In this document: positions 20,101-23,197 of the stretch, in pieces | Layout: every line of letters starts with the position of its first letter | How positions within the stretch are numbered: position 1 is the stretch's first letter | Origin: Neovahlkampfia damariscottae | Lineage: Eukaryota | Direction: 5' to 3' | DNA: 23,197 bases | NCBI GenBank assembly: GCA_016618085.1 | Contig: JABLTG010000026.1 | Location: 124,001 to 147,197, forward strand | Translations under genes and position numbers: made by a program | The notes under the pieces: generated by a model | The model's database searches: none | Seen by the model: only the letters and a program-made list of their open reading frames with translations | Told to the model about the DNA's origin: nothing

Positions 20101-22672
20101 TATAAAAGAGTTCCATCAAGATTATTCGATGTACCATTTGAATTAAAAGCAATTTTTGAGGTAATGAAAAAATTCTTACCAAAATTGACACCTTTCAAAA
20201 TTTTTAATTATATGCAATCACATTTTTCTCTTTATATCCATGAATCAACAAGTAATATGATGGCTACTATTGAAAAGAGTGTTAATATAACAAAATGGGA
20301 ATCTTTAACAGAACAAGAAAAACATACTGCTTCAGTGATTGATTTATTTTCAACTCTTGAAAATGGGTATGAAACATATCAACAATTACTTGAAATTATC
20401 AAACCAATTGGAAAAAATGAGATCGAAGTCACCAAACTTAGTGTTGATTTAATGTATTATGTATTCTCAAAAGGATGTTGTAAAGCAGTTGATTTTTATG
20501 GTGATCTAATGGAAGAAAAATTCAAGGATGGAGATTTTAAAATCAAAGCTCTTTGTGTTAATAACATGAATGCAATTTTAAAAATGCTTCCAAAATTCTC
20601 AATGAAAATTTTGATCAAATTGGTGAAAGAAGATGAAACATTAAAAATTTGGGATACAACAGAAAAGAGAATTAAAACAATGGGATTAAATATGCTAAGT
20701 GGTGTTTGTCATCCAATTCTTGATAGAATTAAAGAAACAGTTCAAAACCTCATTGATACTAAAACTATAATTCAAATGAGAATTGAAAAATTACAACAAA
20801 TTCAAATTGATTCAAGAGAATATAAATCATTGGTTAAAAATTCTGTCAATGAGTTATTATCATATATTGAAGATTCTTTACAAAAATTATCAAAATATCT
20901 TTCAAATGTTGATACAACTTCATTGTATAAAGAAACACTTGATTTATTACTTAATGAACTGAAAGAAATTATTCATTCAAATCAAAATTCCGGAAAATAT
21001 AAAAATTTGAATGGAAGTCAAGTTAGAAATTTAAAAGAATCCTTTGAATTGTTTAAAGAATTTTATTTAAAAAATAATGTAAAAGAAGACTTTTTGAATA
21101 TCGCATTTCAATTTCTGGAAGAAATCTATGACTATTCAAACCTTGAAACACCAATTTTAATTTTAAAATATTTTGATTTGATTGAAGATATTAAAAAGAA
21201 TCCAACATTTTTAAAGATGAATATCAGAATTTTTATTCATTCTTTATTGGCATCAAGAAATGAAATGATTGCTATTGAATTGATTGAAGCAGAAGGATAT
21301 GCACAAAGTAGTGATGTTAAAAAAAGTGAAACCAAAGAAAAAACATTGAAAGGTTTAATTAATCAATTTGAAACAAAAAAGAGATTTTTAAAAGAGTAAG
21401 TGAAATTCACTCAAATTTAACATTTTCAAAAGAGAATCAACATCTTTGAGACAAGAAGAAAAATACTTAAAAGAAAGTTTAAAAGGTTTACAAAAAGGAA
21501 AACTTGAAATTGAAGAATTGAAAATAATAAAATCAGAAAATAATGAGTTACAATTGAAAATTGAAAAATTATTAGTGAGTGTGAAAAAAGAAGAAAAGGT
21601 TTTAAAGAACCTTAATAAGTTTTCAAAGAAGGCAATTTCAAATTCAATGAAAGTACTTAAAAATGAACCTACTTTATTATCAAAAGATGAATTTAAAGCT
21701 AAATTCAAATTACAACATTCATATGAATTTTATTTCAATTGTATTAGTGATTATGAAGGTGGATATTTGTATTTCACAAACAAAGCATTTTATTTCAAAG
21801 ATGAAGTATTTGATTTGAAATCAATTATTGAATTATTAATCACTACATGGTCTACTGTTGAACCAGCATTGAATGTTTACACAAAAATCAAAGAAAAGGA
21901 TTTTCTAGATAAAATGGGTCTTCAAAGTTCAAAAGAATTTGTTTCGAATTTCACAAGTCCAATCTCAAAATTCACCAGTCCAATTACAAATTTAGCTTCT
22001 CCTATTGCAAATTTAGCAAGTCCAATTACGAACATGAATCCATGGAAAGATAAAATGCCATCAATGCCATCAATGCCATCAATGCATCTCCATTTACCAA
22101 ATCTTCAAATGTTCAAAGGAGCTGATGGAGATATTATTCATATTCACTCTTTTTCATTTACAGGATTTGATGACAATATTCAAATTATTTTTGATCAAAT
22201 TAAAGATCATGTGAAAAAAGAAACTAACCACACATTAGAAAATGGTGTTAATATATTAGGAAGTGATATTCATTTGAACAAAGAAATCACATCAAAATAT
22301 GATGAAGGTTATGATGTTTCAATTGAAATGAAAGAAGGATTCAATTTACCTGATGGATGTAAAGCCATTTCTGCATACTTTGCTGTGAATGTAGACACCA
22401 AAGAATCTGGAACATTTTACCTTATGACTGATAGATTATGTTTTGATGGACATAAGCGAGGAAAACAAAGTGATATGAATGTTAGAATGAAAAACATTGA
22501 TTATCTTGAAATGATTGAAGGGAAAATGTTGAAGATTGTTGATATTTCAACTCAAAAATTCACATTTGATCAAATTAGTAATTTAGAAAAAATGAAGAAT
22601 ACAATCATTACTGAATTGAAAAAGAATGGTTTGGTTGTTGAAGAATCTGGCTCTTATATCAAGGTGAAATAA
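14171..22672 (+). CDS. Giant multidomain protein: Kelch propeller + TPR array + Munc13-like MUN (MHD1/MHD2) + two GRAM-like domains, 2763 aa
   Basis: Seven exons (14171-14509, 14547-18110, 18145-18225, 18255-19462, 19497-19979, 20019-21395, 21433-22672). Six GT-AG introns of 37, 34, 29, 34, 39 and 37 nt each preserve the frame and merge six track ORFs. Kelch motifs: VYGG, VFGG, IHGG, IVGG with R..H. Many TPR-like repeats (AIELDP, AIDIDP, AIKINP). MHD- and GRAM-like motifs lie in the last two exons. Confidence 0.88.
21950..22084 (+). repeat. Coding microrepeats: 4 x 7-aa (FTSPISK/FTSPITN/LASPIAN/LASPITN) and 3 x ATGCCATCA (MPS)
   Basis: Read directly: 21-bp units at 21950-22033 and exact 9-bp units at 22055-22081. 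Confidence 0.9.
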
Positions 22673-22928
22673 AATTTTGATTCAAATTCCCACATTTTTT
22701 TTTGTTGTGACTATTGTTTTTTTGGAGATTTATCATTGGTCAGAGACTCGTTGATTTCTTACACTACGCACTTTGGAATCCTTCATGAAAATCAAATTGA
22801 AATTCAACCAGGTTCTGATGTAATAATTTGGCGTTGAAGCGCTGGATTTGTCTTAGCAAATCCTCTCAATTCAGTCAAACATTTCAAATGAAAAAAAAAA
22901 ATTCAGAGACATTTAATCCTTCTCAAGT

Positions 22929-23197
22929 TCAATTTTTATGATGAATTCTAATTTGCATTGAACCTTTTGTTCCAGGAATATCATGGCATTTTCCTACAAC
23001 CCAAGTCATAGTATCAAATGGTTTTCCTTCACATTTTGAACCTTGATGTCTTGCATACTCTACCTTGATTCCGCTATCTTAAAACTGACTTTTCCGTTCA
23101 TTCTGATTAATCAGACCAGACATTAAAATCAAGGTTTCTTTCGGGATAGGACCGTCGCCAGCAGTACTGGCAGTTTTTGGATTTCCAATAAAATTTT
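22929..23197 (-). CDS. Hypothetical protein, 5'-partial (3' end of a gene entering from the right)
   Basis: Reads ...NFIGNPKTASTAGDGPIPKETLILMS|DSGIKVEYARHQGSKCEGKPFDTMTWVVGKCHDIPGTKGSMQIRIHHKN*, using a putative stop-containing 39-nt intron at 23116-23078 (GTCTGA...TTTAAG). Confidence 0.6.

Noticed and set aside
4675..21708. Short antisense or alternate-frame ORFs (e.g. 4675-4869, 5644-5826, 8048-8305, 9374-9649, 11509-12318, 12405-12839, 13687-14019, 21388-21708)
   Set aside because: They are shadows of real genes, with compositions expected from the opposite strand or a shifted frame and no recognisable motifs.
1605..22672. Adjacent or overlapping same-strand ORFs as a prokaryotic operon, or stop-codon reassignment
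   Set aside because: Outside the F-box gene, every junction is resolved by a GT-AG intron with the correct phase. TAA and TGA both end genes, so neither an operon nor an alternative genetic code is needed.
22780..22822. SECIS-like ATGA-N11-AAA...TGAT
   Set aside because: Helix II does not pair in the SECIS register, and no in-frame Sec TGA is evident in the upstream gene.
10429..23116. All three introns of 3n length (33, 39, 39 nt) contain in-frame stops, suggesting NMD-driven selection
   Set aside because: This is circular: without RNA data I can only detect introns that break the frame, so stopless 3n introns would be invisible.

Overview
This is very AT-rich, gene-dense eukaryotic (protist) nuclear DNA using the standard genetic code. 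It is not prokaryotic: most breaks in the ORF track are explained by tiny GT-AG spliceosomal introns of 29-41 nt, of which I reconstructed 16 by hand. After splicing there are about 12 genes: a partial secreted glycoprotein, a calmodulin/myosin-light-chain-like EF-hand protein, an Asteroid/ASTE1-type PIN nuclease, a multiply frameshifted F-box + RCC1-like gene, a class II HDAC with an N-terminal ZnF-UBP, a tandem ABM-like + ankyrin fusion, a Rhizobiale-like (RLPH) phosphatase with a hydrophobic tail, an orphan membrane protein, a 1159-aa repeat protein (11-mer amphipathic, KSP and NPF repeats), a probable MED30, a 2763-aa Kelch-TPR-MUN(Munc13-like)-GRAM-GRAM protein, and a partial gene at the right edge. 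CCAAT boxes recur in the intergenic regions and AATAAA often overlaps the stop codon. A heterolobosean (Naegleria-related) source is plausible from the RLPH gene and the compact genome style, but this is inference only. All domain calls come from motif recognition by eye; no searches were run.
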